DNA of 64,000 bases from positions 54,250,001-54,314,000 of the forward strand of contig NC_043001.1 in assembly GCF_006345805.1 (NCBI RefSeq). Direction: 5' to 3'. Both the position numbers and the translations under genes were made by a program. Under the pieces are notes generated by a model, which ran no database searches, was not told where the DNA came from, and saw nothing but the letters and a program-made list of their open reading frames with translations. Of the stretch, positions 40,140 to 52,434 are shown one piece after another. Every line of letters begins with the position of its first letter. Position 1 is the first letter of the stretch. The stretch is from Octopus sinensis (lineage: Eukaryota).

Positions 40140-40197
40140 ATTATGGACGCGTTTCTGGATTAGAATTACACAAATTCACTTCCTTCATCAACATAAT
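40140..40197 (-). ncRNA. Degenerate minimal hammerhead-like motif
   Basis: Minus strand: attatg TTGATGA a GGA ...gaatt tgtgt aattc... TCC a GAAA CGCG TC cataat. 6-bp stem I and palindromic ACGCGT stem III. Confidence 0.55.
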
Positions 40198-40224
40198 ATA
40201 TGTATGTGTCCGTGTCTGTGTGTG

Positions 40225-40385
40225 TGTGTATTTCAGTTTCCGTCTACCAAATCCACTCTCAACGCTTTGGTCGGTCCGAGGCTTTAGAATAAGACATTTA
40301 CCCAAGGTTCCAGATAGTGGGACTGAACCAGGTGCCATGTGGTTTGGAAGAAAGCTTCTTACTACACAGCCACGCCTGCATATAC
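40225..40385 (-). mobile_element. SINE family A fragment
   Basis: ttcagtttccgtctaccaaatccactc...gactgaaccaggtgccatgtggtttggaagaaagcttc. Confidence 0.8.
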
Positions 40386-41399
40386 AGTGTATATGCGTCG
40401 ATGTGTATGCATGTGTGTATTTCTCATATGTAAAATATACGTATTGTTATACATATGTAAACATTTATGTGTATATGAGCATATATACGTATATAAGTAT
40501 ATATATTTATGCATATACATATTTATATATATATGCATATTTTATACACAAACGCATATATATATATGTGTGTTTGCGTGAGGGAGGTTTAATACATGTA
40601 TTCATGTGTATATGCATACAAATTTTGCATTCTCAATATATATATACAGACATCCACATACATACACACAGATATGTATGTGTGTACAGGCACACAGATA
40701 TTCATGTACGCGTACACGTGCATGAACATATAGATTATATCATTCAAAAATTCAAGAACATAAAGATTCGATCTTTCCTTCCTCTCCACTCCCCACCCAC
40801 CAAAATAAAGAACAATTCGAAATTCACTTCTCTGTGGGAATAAAAGACACTGAAAATTTAATTTACCAAAACTTTGTTACTTTCTAATTCTGTTATGATT
40901 CTCAGTTGTTTTGCTAAGTAAAGAAGCTTTGAAATATTTCACTAAAACGGGAAAATGTGCACATGTACTAGAAAACTGAATTTCACTTATAATATAATGC
41001 GCTATAGAGCAGACGACATTTACGTATCACAGCTTCTAGCCTCATAAATCTATTTCATTCAAGACAAACAAAATATATAATCAAAAAGATTTAGATGCAC
41101 CTATGTGCTTCGTGGATTGGTGTGGATATGCTTGTGTACTACTGAAAAGAAAGGAATGTCAAAGATTTATTCTGAATAAATTTTTATTCTTTTAATAAAT
41201 TACAGTTTTTTAGTGTGAGTGATAAAAAGAACGATATCCTTCCTTTCTCACTCCACACTGCGTGCTTTTATCTTCTAAACCCTGAAACCCATTCCACCAC
41301 ATTTCAATTATATCAAAGGGAACCGGTAGTACAGTTCAAACCAGAATGAAGCAAACATTCATTCTTCTCTAAGTCGTGTGCTTTCTACTCTATCATATT

Positions 41400-41700
41400 A
41401 AACCCCTTCGGTCATGAATGACCATGGGATTACACCTAGAAGGTTACCCTCCGAGGCACAAGTCCGAGCAAGGCTGTTTATGGAAGACCATAATAACACC
41501 CATACATATAAGTCTCCCCTCTCCACACCACCGATGTTGTTCAGTGACATTGCAAATCATTTTTGCAGCTGAGTGAACAGGAGCAACGTGAAATAAAGTG
41601 TTTTACTCAAGAACACAACTCACAGCCCGGTTCGGAAATCGAACTCACGACCTCATGATTTTGAGCCCGACATTATAACCACTGAGCCATGAACCTTCAC
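41400..41700 (-). mobile_element. tRNA-derived SINE (family C-like)
   Basis: The minus strand begins ggttcatggctcagtggttataatgtcgggctcaaaatcatgaggtcgtgagttcgattt (tRNA A/B boxes); gcagctgagtg core. Confidence 0.75.
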
Positions 41701-41727
41701 TATTTACTGCATAATAAGACACAAGCT

Positions 41728-42162
41728 AAGGCTGCGAGCTGGCAGAAACGTTAGCACGCCGGGTGAAGTGCGTAGCCGTATTTCGTCTGCCGTTACGTTC
41801 TGAGTTCAAATTCCGCCGAGGTCGACTTTACATTTCATCCTTTCGGGGTCTATAAATTAAGTACCAATTACGCACTGGGGCCGATATAATCGACTTAATC
41901 GCTTTGTCTGTCCTTGTTTGTCCCCTCTATGTTTAGCCCCTTGTAGGCAATAAAGAAAGAAGAAAAGTTAGCACTCAGGGCGAAATGCTTGGCGGTATTT
42001 CGTCTGTCTTTACGCTCTGAGTTCAAATTCCGCCGAGGTCGACTTTGCATTTCATCCTTTCGGGGTCGATAAATTAAGTACCAATTGTGTACTGGGGTCA
42101 ATCCAATCGTCTGGCCCCCACCCCAAAATTTCGGGCCTTGTGTCTAGAGTAGAAAAGAAAAA
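41728..42162 (+). mobile_element. Dimeric SINE family B flanked by one 15-bp TSD
   Basis: Two tandem monomers with different tails. aataagacacaagct (41713-41727) and aataagacgcaagct (42163-42177) flank the pair. Confidence 0.85.
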
Positions 42163-42289
42163 AATAAGACGCAAGCTTTACAAATTGGGTATTTCAATTA
42201 TTGCATCAAAGTAAACTATTTTCAGCCCCAAGCAGTTTAATTGGAGATAGTGATAGCATTTTACTCAAAGTAGCCAGCCTCAGCTACCA

Positions 42290-42790
42290 CTACGATATCA
42301 ATACGGTTCGATTTTGGAACTTCCTCGATGTGACCTTGGGAAGATCCTCAAACATCGTAATCATGGCTACCAGCTCGACCTTAGTGTAATAGGCAGAGCA
42401 GCTGGAGTCTTTCTCAAATGCATCCCACACGTAGTAATATATGGGATTAGAATCGAGAGAATTAGGAAGCCAGAAATAGGAATTGGAGAAGTCGTAGAAA
42501 TTCTCTGACAACCATTTATGACACTTTCCGGGGGTATAGCAAGGAGTCGAATCCTACAGCCACACAAATGGCCTTCAAGTAGCAACACTCTCCAGCCAGG
42601 GATTGACCACAGTCGCCAACAGCTTCACATATCGACCGATACAGGAAGGAATTCCAGTGTGCGGACACAGAACACATCCTGTGTGCTCTGTCTCTTCCTG
42701 CTGGCTACGGCTTCGTAGTTTCGGTTGCAGCTATCCAGTCACGTCATACAGTGTTCGCTGAGCACTGAGCAGCAGTCATGATATCGGCAT
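42290..42790 (-). mobile_element. Tc1/mariner-superfamily transposase remnant
   Basis: The minus strand gives VVNPWLESVAT.RPFVWL.DSTP...WLSENFYDF...FWLPNSLDSNPIYYYVW (cf. RPYVWQQDSAP...WPPNSPDLNPLDYYVW). Confidence 0.8.
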
Positions 42791-43027
42791 TTTGATAGCC
42801 TGTGCGAATCATCATGAAACATGTAATTTTTCTTCTATTTACAGATGGTTTCCAGTCCTCCATATCTCCTAACTTTTTCTAACTACAACTTTTATCTTTA
42901 CGCTCTACTACACTGTTGAGTGTGCACCAAAACATCAACATGTTCCTGAAACGAAAGTGGATATAAATCAAATCGTCAAATTTAGCCCACACACACATAC
43001 ATAGATGTGTGTGCGAGTGTATGTATA

Positions 43028-43058
<31 letters not shown>

Positions 43059-43059
<1 letters not shown>

Positions 43060-43745
43060 GGCGCAGGAGTAGCTGCGCGGTAAGAAGCTTGCTTCCCATC
43101 CACATGGCTCAGGGTTCAGTCCCACTGCATGGCACCTAGGACAAATGTCTGGCCTCGGGCAGACCAAAGTGAGTGGATTTGGTAGACGGAAACTGGAAGA
43201 GGATCGTTAGAGAGTAAAATGGTGGTAGAGTAATGGTTTAAAAATCATAATAAAGATAAGCATATAATATTAGCAATATTGTATTAATAAATAAATATTT
43301 TAAAACTTTCTAATAATCACAGCTGTACTTTATTTATTTATTAATACAATATTACTAATATTATATACTTATCTTTATTATGATTAATATAACTATTCTA
43401 CTGTTTTAGTCTCTAATATATAATCGTTCTCATGAATCACTAAATATCTTTTAAGATCTTAGACATATTTCACATTAGAGCACATAATTGACATCCAGTA
43501 CATCTTGTTTTCAAAGGGCATATTTAATTAACTATATATATATATGTGTGTGTGTATGTATGTATGAATTTATGTATGTATGTATATATGTATATATGTA
43601 TGTATTTGTGTGTCTGTGTTTGTCCCAAAAGGGATTGGGCAGAATATGTACTAGGCTTACAAAGAATAATCGATTTGTTCGACTAAAGGCGGTGCTCCAC
43701 CATGGTCGCAGTCAAATGACTGAAACAAGTACAAAAGAAAATAAG
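43059..43745 (+). mobile_element. SINE family A split by an inserted inverted-repeat segment
   Basis: Head at 43059-43200 and tail at about 43600-43745. Confidence 0.75.
43208..43415. repeat. AT-rich inverted repeat (55-bp core arms)
   Basis: 43243-43297 matches the reverse complement of 43331-43385 with two transitions. Looser pairing extends to about 43208/43415. Confidence 0.8.
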
Positions 43746-43790
43746 ATGTATGTATGTATGTATGTATGTATGTATGTATGTATGTATGTA

Positions 43791-44417
43791 TGTGAGTAAA
43801 TGAAAAATACATGTTGCTCTTCTTTGCTGCACAAAACCACATAAATGATACCTCCATGATATCTTCTAAGAGCGATATTTGGACTGTGCAATCAAAGAAT
43901 CACCCTATCCGCCATGCTCGTCTTCAATTTGAGCTCGCACAGTAAACGATAGAAATATATTATTATACTAGCATGAAATCTAAGGTAGATGTAAATTCTA
44001 CTTCCAACTAACGATAAATACACTTTAGTACATCAGTACTAATGTACGCTTACTTTTATTATATATATGGGTTATGAGAGGTAATAGTGTCAAGAAGATC
44101 CAAAGATGTCAAGTAATGCTGAGTAAGTGCTATGGACAGACTATAGTTAAGCTCCAGGTTCGGTGATTATGCGAACGAGGAATCCAACGTAGGTCGTTTA
44201 TTAGCATGCATATATATAAAAAAAAAATTAACAGAATGAAATAAAAATCCAAGGCTGTGAATGATTTCAGAACATTTATAAGGAGAACACCTTCTCTTAT
44301 AAATGTTCGGAAACAGCTGTAAGGCCTTCTCTTTATAAATGTTCTGAAATATGTCACAGCCTTGGAGTTTTATCTCATTCTGTTAATTTTATATATATAT
44401 GTGTGTGTGTATGCAAG

Positions 44418-44455
<38 letters not shown>

Positions 44456-44515
44456 GTGTGTGTGTGTGTGTGTGTGTATGTACATATATAAATATATGAG
44501 TGTGTGTGTGTGTGC

Positions 44516-44556
<41 letters not shown>

Positions 44557-44817
44557 AACATACATTGGTACTGATGTACGGAAGTGTATTTATCGTTAGT
44601 TGGAAGTAGAATTTACATCTACCTTAGGTTTCATGCCAGTATAATAATTATATTTCTATCGTTTACTGTGCGAACTCAAATTGAAGATGAGCATGGCGGA
44701 TAGGGTGATTCTTTGATTGCACAGTCAAAATATCGCTCTTAGAAGATATTATGAAGCTGCCGTTGACGTGCTTTTGTGAAGAAAAGAAGAGCAACATGTA
44801 TTTTACATTCATTCACA
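43791..44817. repeat. About 1-kb nested foldback (about 256-bp outer arms, about 62-bp inner arms)
   Basis: 43791-44046 is the inverted copy of 44561-44817. 44226-44287 is the inverted copy of 44327-44388. Confidence 0.9.
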
Positions 44818-44829
44818 AACATACACATA

Positions 44830-47460
44830 TATACGTAAGGGGAAATAATTGAATCTTCTGTTGCGAACATGGACGATTGCTACCGGCGGTCCTCCAAACA
44901 ACATCATCACAGCTGCACTGAAGATCAATGGCTTCTGTAGAACTATTGAGCAGATAGAGCAGAAGAAAAGGAATTCACCCGAGCCTATGCCCTTATTAGA
45001 CCATACATTGGCACCCTTGATATCATCATGGAAAACTACTGTGGCAACGCTAAGGATAGGGAAAATGAAACAAAAACCAGAAGTCTATTTGATCCAGTGG
45101 TCCCTCAGAAGAATGGATCCACACCCCTGTGAACAACCAGCTGATACGCATAGGTAAGCTGGAGAAGCAACAACCAGAAGTCCTCTGTGCCAGTGGTCCT
45201 ATAAAGGAATGGAGCCCTCACTCCATTGGACAGTCAGAGGAGTGTAAAAGGAAGGAAAGAACACGAGCAAAAACATAAAGAAGGAAGGGGAGAAAAAGGA
45301 AAAGAAATAGGAAAAGATGAGACAACTAAAACCGAAACCCCAAACCACCAAATAGAAAACAGTAAACTCAAATATGGAGGCTCCAATGGAATCCGAAACC
45401 CTAGAGGAGAGGAGAAATTTAGAGTGTAAGGCAAAGGTTGGCATGGGGAAGACGGTTTGTTCACCCGAGACCCCGCCAAAATTACAGGCACCTTAAGGAG
45501 AAATACTTCCCTGAGGAAAGGCACCAATCGTCTCCAAAGAAAAAGTACACAAATTCAGTACGCTCTTCAGATTTTATATACAAGGCAGCAGCTGAGAAAC
45601 AGTCTTTTTCGTGCATGGCGCAAAGTATTGTGCAGCAGCTGACCTGGCCTCACCAAGCGCAAACAATGAACCTTGCCTACTACTGCGCAAGACCACGACA
45701 ATCAACAGACAGGGGATGGCTTCCCCTAACGCCTGAACAGTCGTCACGCCAATATTTTTACTAAATATTCGAGATCTGCTGCATCACAAAAGTAAAAGCA
45801 ATTTTTTTCCTGAGAGACCTTGTTGTATGCAATCAAGCCCTATGCATAGCACACGTGGAAACTCATCTGAGCCTTGATATAGAGGATGCAGAATTACACG
45901 TACCAAAATATATCATACTGCGAACAGACAAAAGGGAAAGGAGCCATGGTGGAGTTGCTGTATACATCCGTGAAGACCTCACTCCCCAATTCCTACTGTC
46001 ATACTCAAACTCTGTATGTGACACTCTAATTGTATACATAAGACAACACAATATAATCATATGCAATACATATCGCCCACCGGATGTCCAAACCACATAG
46101 GCAAGTTTGAAGATTGCCTCACAAGAATTAAATAAATCCTCATGAAACTGGAACATCACGTATTTTTTATGGGTGATTTCAACTTCTCTAATGTCAAATG
46201 GGCTGAAGACCTCATGCTCTCAGGAATGACTCATTGCAAACAAGCACAGTTGGAGTACCTGCCCAACCTCACCAATGCTCTATTTATGGAGCAAGTTATG
46301 CTCAGACCAACTAGGGCGAATAATATTTTGGATCTCTGCTTCACAAACAATATGTACATCGTTCATGATGTGAAAGTGGCGCTGACATTAGTTTCGGATC
46401 ACAACATAATACAGCTGTCTATGTATGGAACAAAAGTAGCCAGAGACATACAGCCTAAAGGAAGCACCCAAAATCTCTCCAATCTGAACTTCCAGAAAGC
46501 AGACTGGAAATCAATCCAAAAAGAGATCCTCAGACAGGACTGGCCGAAATGTCTCTCCATACCAGACATTGGTATGAAACTAGAATATTTCCATATATCA
46601 GAAGCTTGTTTTATAAAAAAAACATTAAGTCAAACCCAAAGGCCTTCTTCCATTATGCCAAAGAAACAGCCTCAGTACGGTGCGAAACAGGACCCCCTCT
46701 TCCAAAAAGATGGCTCCCGCACAGATAGTCTAACCAGGATCTTGTGAGGTACTGAATGACCAGTTCAAAAGTATCTTTACCACCCCTTTCGAACACAAAC
46801 AAGTGATCGAACCACTGGATTTCTTTGCCGCCTCATCTATAACCAGCGAGGCAGTTACGATGGATTACATTGACATTAGTGAAGAAGATATACTACTGGC
46901 CATAGATGGGGTGGACGCAAACTCAACTGCTGGCCCTGATGGTTTTCCAGCAATCCTCCTCAAATCGTGTAAGCGTTCCATGGTGAAACCACTAAGATTC
47001 TCATCCAGAGCTTTCTTGCAAATGACAGACTGCCAAGCAAACTGAAGGAGGGAATAGTATGACCAATCATTAAAGGCAGCAGAGCAGATGCCAAAATTAT
47101 AGGCCTATATCTCTGACTTCACACATCAGCAAAGTCATGGAACGGAAAGTCAGAGCGAAACTAATCGCAACAGTCTGGGTTTCAGAGGCCCTCAGCTTTT
47201 TAATATTCTCCCAAAGAGCCTGAGGAACCTACACAAAGTGGATGTAGGTGTTTTCAAATCAAAACTCTTCCTGTCGAAAGTCTCAAATGAACCTACCTCA
47301 GAGCAGAAGGGGCAAATGAGGGAAGCGACATCAAACGCCCTTATTCATCAAATGCCACATATTAGAGGAGGCTCTCAATAATAAGAGAGTAGCAAAACGG
47401 TGGTGCCCTAGCATGGCCGCAGCTTTGAGATGAAACGGATAAAAAATTAAATTAAAATAA
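44830..47460 (+). mobile_element. CR1-clade LINE, decayed and lacking the RT core
   Basis: APE motifs (ETHL, RTD..HGGVAVY, CNTYRPP, MGDFN, PTRANNILDLCFTN, SDHN) and RT N-terminus (AGPDGFPAILLK, NYRPISLTSHISKVMER), joined directly to the C-terminal NSLGFRGPQLFNILP and the 3' tail. Confidence 0.85.
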
Positions 47461-47499
47461 AATTTATATATATATATATATATATATATTTCTTTTATT

Positions 47500-47707
47500 T
47501 TTCTTTTACTTATTTCAGTCATTTGACTGCGGCCATGCTGCAGCGCCACCTCTAGTCGAACAAATCGACTTATTTTTTGTAAGCCTACTACTTATTCTAT
47601 CAAATCCCTTTTCCCGAACCTTTAAGTTATGGGGACGTAAACACACCAACATTGGTTGTCAAGCGATGGTGGGGGGACAAACACAGACACACAAATACAT
47701 ACATATA

Positions 47708-47739
<32 letters not shown>

Positions 47740-47880
47740 CGACGGGTTTCTTTCAGTTTCCGTCTACCAAATCCACTCACAAGGCTTTGGTCGACCCGAG
47801 TCTATAGTAGAAGACACCTGCGCAAGGTTCCACGCAGTGGTACTAGACCTGGAATCATGTGGTTGTGGAGCAAGCTGCAA
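47500..47880 (-). mobile_element. SINE family A
   Basis: Reverse complement of the family A body and tail. Confidence 0.85.
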
Positions 47881-47977
47881 ATGCTCACTAGCTGCAAATG
47901 CTATATATACTCACACCACAATGTCAATGTCAATATATCATCTATGAGGCTTATTTAATCCTTTCAACATCCCGCCA

Positions 47978-48188
47978 GATAGGTACTTTTCTACTCTAGG
48001 CACAAGGACCGAAATTTTTAGGGAGGGAGTCAGTCGATTAGATCGACCCCAGTACGCAGCTGGTACTTAATTTATCGACCCCGAAAGGATGAAAGACAAA
48101 GTCAACCTCGGCGGAATTTCGTAAAAACAGACGAAATACCGCTAAGCATATCGCCCTGCGTGCTAATGTTTCTGCCCGCTCGCCGCTT
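47978..48188 (-). mobile_element. SINE family B
   Basis: Family B core; tcccgcca on both sides (candidate 8-bp TSD). Confidence 0.85.
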
Positions 48189-48904
48189 TCCCGCCAAGTT
48201 GAATCTGCGAGAAGAATGAACCTCAAATACAACATACAAAGAAAATACAAGTTATTCAGGGGAAATCTAGGTGTGTTGGTGAATAGTCATTTCACCAGCC
48301 CCTCTTGTCCTAACATAGTTACTCATTTGGGTAGACAATATGTAGCAGTTAATTTCATGTGTGGATGCTATATAGAAATCGACTAAGGAAACAACTTTAT
48401 GAAGAAGTAGTCAATGTCCTGAATCTGTTTTTCTCTATCAGGGTAAAATTCCACAAAATTTCTTAATTACTGTTTCCGTTGATATAGACAATGACCACTT
48501 TGTTCTGTTGTCCGTTCCTGATCAATTTATATACCAACTACTCATGATTTCAACAACTACTTTCCCTTGTGCAGCTAAACGAGGGACTGCTTTCATTTCA
48601 ACGAGAACTAGAAAAGCACTCGGAGAGTGCAAACCTCCGCCATTTCCACCCATATACACGCATGCTGAAAATTGCCCAATTTCTCAAACCAAGGCCGGCA
48701 AAAATATAACCTCCTTGGCGGGATTAAAAAAACACAGCCATATGTTTTTTTAACCTTTAAAAACAGGAATCATCTGAAGCACTTATAATACACCAATGTG
48801 TGTATTATCCAACAAAAAATGTCATTGCGGTTTCCTTCCTTTTATATTTTGCACTACAATTTACCACGTGGAATTTTTTTATCGAACTTTTTCACCACAT
48901 ATAT

Positions 48905-49205
48905 ATATCTAAAATAAGGACACAGTACTGCAATAGTCTGGGTTTCAAGGGTCCGCAATTGTTCAACATCCTGCCAGGCAACCTTAGAGATCTACATGGT
49001 GTTGATGTAGAAGTTTTCAAGGAAAGTCTGGACGGGTTTCTGTCTGAGATACCAAATGAACCCACATCGCGGCAGGAGACGCAAAGAAGAGCAGCTCTGT
49101 CCACCTCACTACTTCACCAAAAGCAATACCGGAAACAAAACCGAGTAACTACACGTGGTGCACCAGCATGACCTCAGTCCCGGGCTGAAACCAGTAAAAG
49201 ATTAA
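48905..49205 (+). mobile_element. 5'-truncated CR1 3' end
   Basis: IRTQYCNSLGFKGPQLFNILPGNLRDLHGVDVEVFKESLDGFLSEIPNEP is homologous to 47170-47300. Confidence 0.82.
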
Positions 49206-49239
49206 AGATATATATAATATATATAATATATAATATATA

Positions 49240-49635
49240 TACTGGAGTGGCTGTGTGGTAAGTAGCTTGCTAACCAACCACATGGTTCCGGGTTCAGTCC
49301 CACTGCGTGGCATCTTGGGCAAGTGTCTTCTACTATAGCCCCGTGCCGACCAATGACTTGTGAGTGGATTTGGTAGACGGAAACTGAAAGAAGCCTGTCG
49401 TATATATGTATATATATGTGTGTATGTGTGTGTGTGTGTGTGTTTGTCCCCCTAGCATTGCTTGACAACAGATGCTAGTGTGTTTACGTCCCCGTCACTT
49501 AGCGGTTCGGCAAAAGAGACCGATAGAATAAGTACTGGGCTTACAAAGAATAAGTCCTGGGGTCGACTAAAGGCGGTGCTCCAGCATGGCCGCAGTCAAA
49601 TGACTGAAACAAGTAAAAGAGTAAAGAGTAAAAGA
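49240..49635 (+). mobile_element. SINE family A, full length
   Basis: Head, body and gtaaaaga tail are all present. Confidence 0.92.
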
Positions 49636-50263
49636 GTATATATATATATATATATACAGACACACATGCAAACATACAAACATAGATACACAATTCTTTA
49701 TATCATAATCATAAAGCAAAGAACGCAGTCTTTCATTCTGAATATGTTTTACTTACATACTTGTATGCACTGACAGATAATCTCATTCGCTTTCATTGAA
49801 CAGCGTATACACGAACGCATTTTAGAAAATACACATATACAATTTTCCCTACCCAGAATAAACTATATTTATGAGTCTAAAAGTTGTGATACCCAAAGGT
49901 CATCTATGTACGGCAGTATGTTGTGAGAAACTTTGAGTTTATTCTTGATTCCTTCTTTGAACAGATGAATATTTTCACTTCTTAGAGAATTATTTCTAAG
50001 CTTATTTACTTAACAAAACATCTGAGAATCATAATAAAATTATAAAGTATCTGTGTTTTTAAAAATTAAATTTTCAATGTCTTTCGTTCCTGCGGAGAAG
50101 AAAATTTCGATATTTTTTCGTATTACAAATGAAAAATTGAATTTTTGTATTCATTTTTTTAATGCTATAATCTGCATATTCATAAGCACGCAACTCTAAA
50201 TTTGTTGATTTATACGTACATATAAATAGATATAAGAGTGTGAGAATATATGTATGATGCATT

Positions 50264-50299
<36 letters not shown>

Positions 50300-50423
50300 G
50301 ATATAGATATATATATATATATATATTTACATACATATATATATATATTATATATATATACATGTATATATTATGTACGCATTTACAGGCATTCACACAC
50401 ATGCACAGGTCGCGCGCGTGGCG

Positions 50424-50472
<49 letters not shown>

Positions 50473-50537
50473 GTGTGTATATATATATATATATATACAC
50501 ATATACATATATATACAGAAATATGCATACATGTATG

Positions 50538-50569
<32 letters not shown>

Positions 50570-51626
50570 TGTAAATATTGATATATATATATATATATGT
50601 TTGTATGTATGTATATATATATATATGTGTGTGTGAGTGTGTGGGTGTGCGTGTGTGTATGTATGTTTGTATGCATGTATGTATGTATATATGTATGTAT
50701 GTATGCATGTATGTATGTATGTATGTATGTATGTATGTATGCACGTATGTATGTATGTATGTATGTATGCACATATATACATACACACACGACATTTTCC
50801 TCCTAAATGCCAAATTGCAAACCATTAGAGAACTAGAGAAATATTCAAATGCAATTTTTAAATAACTAGCAAAAAGCTTTAGAATTGCATATATAAATTA
50901 CTTTAATAGAAGTTGATTTCTAATATTTTATTGCACAATACTTACGAAACTGAATTGTCCATTTTATATACTCTACGTATAGGGTTACATCGTTCTCCAA
51001 TTCTTTTTAAAGCTAACAATATATCTTGATTACATATAAGTTCCTTAAGTAATTTTAGTGAAAAGGCCTGTGGTCGTCAGAGAGTGAAATATTTGAGGGA
51101 ATCGAAATTGTATTTATATTCAATGTTACCCAGGCTTTTGTAGCATCCATAGATGGGCCAGAATTCTTCTGAATGAAGGTACATTCGGTCTAATGGAATA
51201 CTTGTTTATTTTTCTCGAAAAGTTCTCTTTTATGTAAGAAATGAATGCGTTTTCAGATACGTTTATAGCCGTCTCTAATGCAGTGTCTCATATACGCACT
51301 AAATCTTGATAGTATATTTCGCAGTTTAATTGTGCAAAGGATATATAATGCAAGCATATTAAATAAGAGCAGAGGGTTAAGTGAATGTGAATAGCATTTT
51401 ATATCACGTAATATATCGTTTTTCTTTCATTATTGAACTTCTCTAATTCTTATTTCTCAAAGTAATTTGAAGAATGGGTAGAAACCAGAATGTCAGGAGG
51501 TATATACTGTGTACAAAACGGAGTGCTCAAAAGAAACCTACATATCCAAATATTGGAAGTGCAATACATGCAGTGATAAAAAAATATATATTTAGAGTGC
51601 GATGAGTCCCAGTTTATATAATATTA

Positions 51627-51841
51627 GGAGGATATGCTGAAAAGTTCCTGGCTTTAAGGGTATATCGAAAGGCCTTATTGGAGGCCCAACCCTCCGAATT
51701 CTTTTATAGTACTTAGAAAAACTGAAGGACCGCTTCAATAAGTGTGTGAATCTGAGAGGGTTATGTTGAATAAAATCATAATTGAATAGTCCCCCTGTAT
51801 TTTCTTTTACCCAAAGCCAGGAAATTTTCGGGCCCACCTCG
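51627..51841. mobile_element. mariner-type MITE
   Basis: TIRs ggaggatatgctgaaaagttcctggcttt and (reverse complement) cgaggtgggcccgaaaatttcctggcttt; TA on the left flank, CA on the right. Confidence 0.7.
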
Positions 51842-51887
51842 CAGATTTGTACCCATCATAGATTTGACAATTTTAAATATTATCATT

Positions 51888-52030
51888 TAAGGCGGTGCTC
51901 CAGCATTAAGGGGGTGTTCCAGTATTGAAGGGGTGCTCCAGCATTAAGGAGGTGCTCCAGTAATAAGGCAATGCTCCAACATGGCTGCAGTCAAATGACT
52001 GAAATAAGTAAAAGAATAAAAGAATAAATG
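51888..52030 (+). repeat. SINE A tail with five tandem 19-nt units
   Basis: taaggcggtgctccagcat x5 (diverged), at 51888-51982, followed by the normal tail. Confidence 0.85.
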
Positions 52031-52244
52031 AATGCTAGTACCTCAGGATATACAATGTTCTCGGTTTTTTTTTTCAACAAGTGCATAAGTAGAAAGATTG
52101 TGGAGCACTTAACTTGTGAGTATCATACATAAAATTGGCCTTTAACAGAGTAATATTCCTCAAGATGCAGTCCATCAATTGTCAATGTTTGCCCTTGAGA
52201 TCTATTGATTGAAACGAAAGAGCTTAGATGTTCTAGGAAAAGAA

Positions 52245-52364
52245 CTTATTCTTTGTAAGCCTAGTATTTATCTTATCAGTATCTTTTGCCGAACCGCTGG
52301 ATTACTGGGACGTAAAAGAACCAGCATTGGTTGTCAAGCGATGGTGGAAAACACACAAACATAG

Positions 52365-52434
<70 letters not shown>

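Noticed and set aside
39935-40843. 302-aa ORF
   Set aside because: It runs through a SINE fragment and TA/TG-rich sequence with a TTG start, and shows no domain.
51128-51168. 39-nt candidate exon (KNSGPSMDATKAW)
   Set aside because: Too short and unsupported; the donor is weak.
51888-51982. CRISPR-like array
   Set aside because: The units are contiguous with no spacers, derive from a SINE tail, and sit in eukaryotic context.
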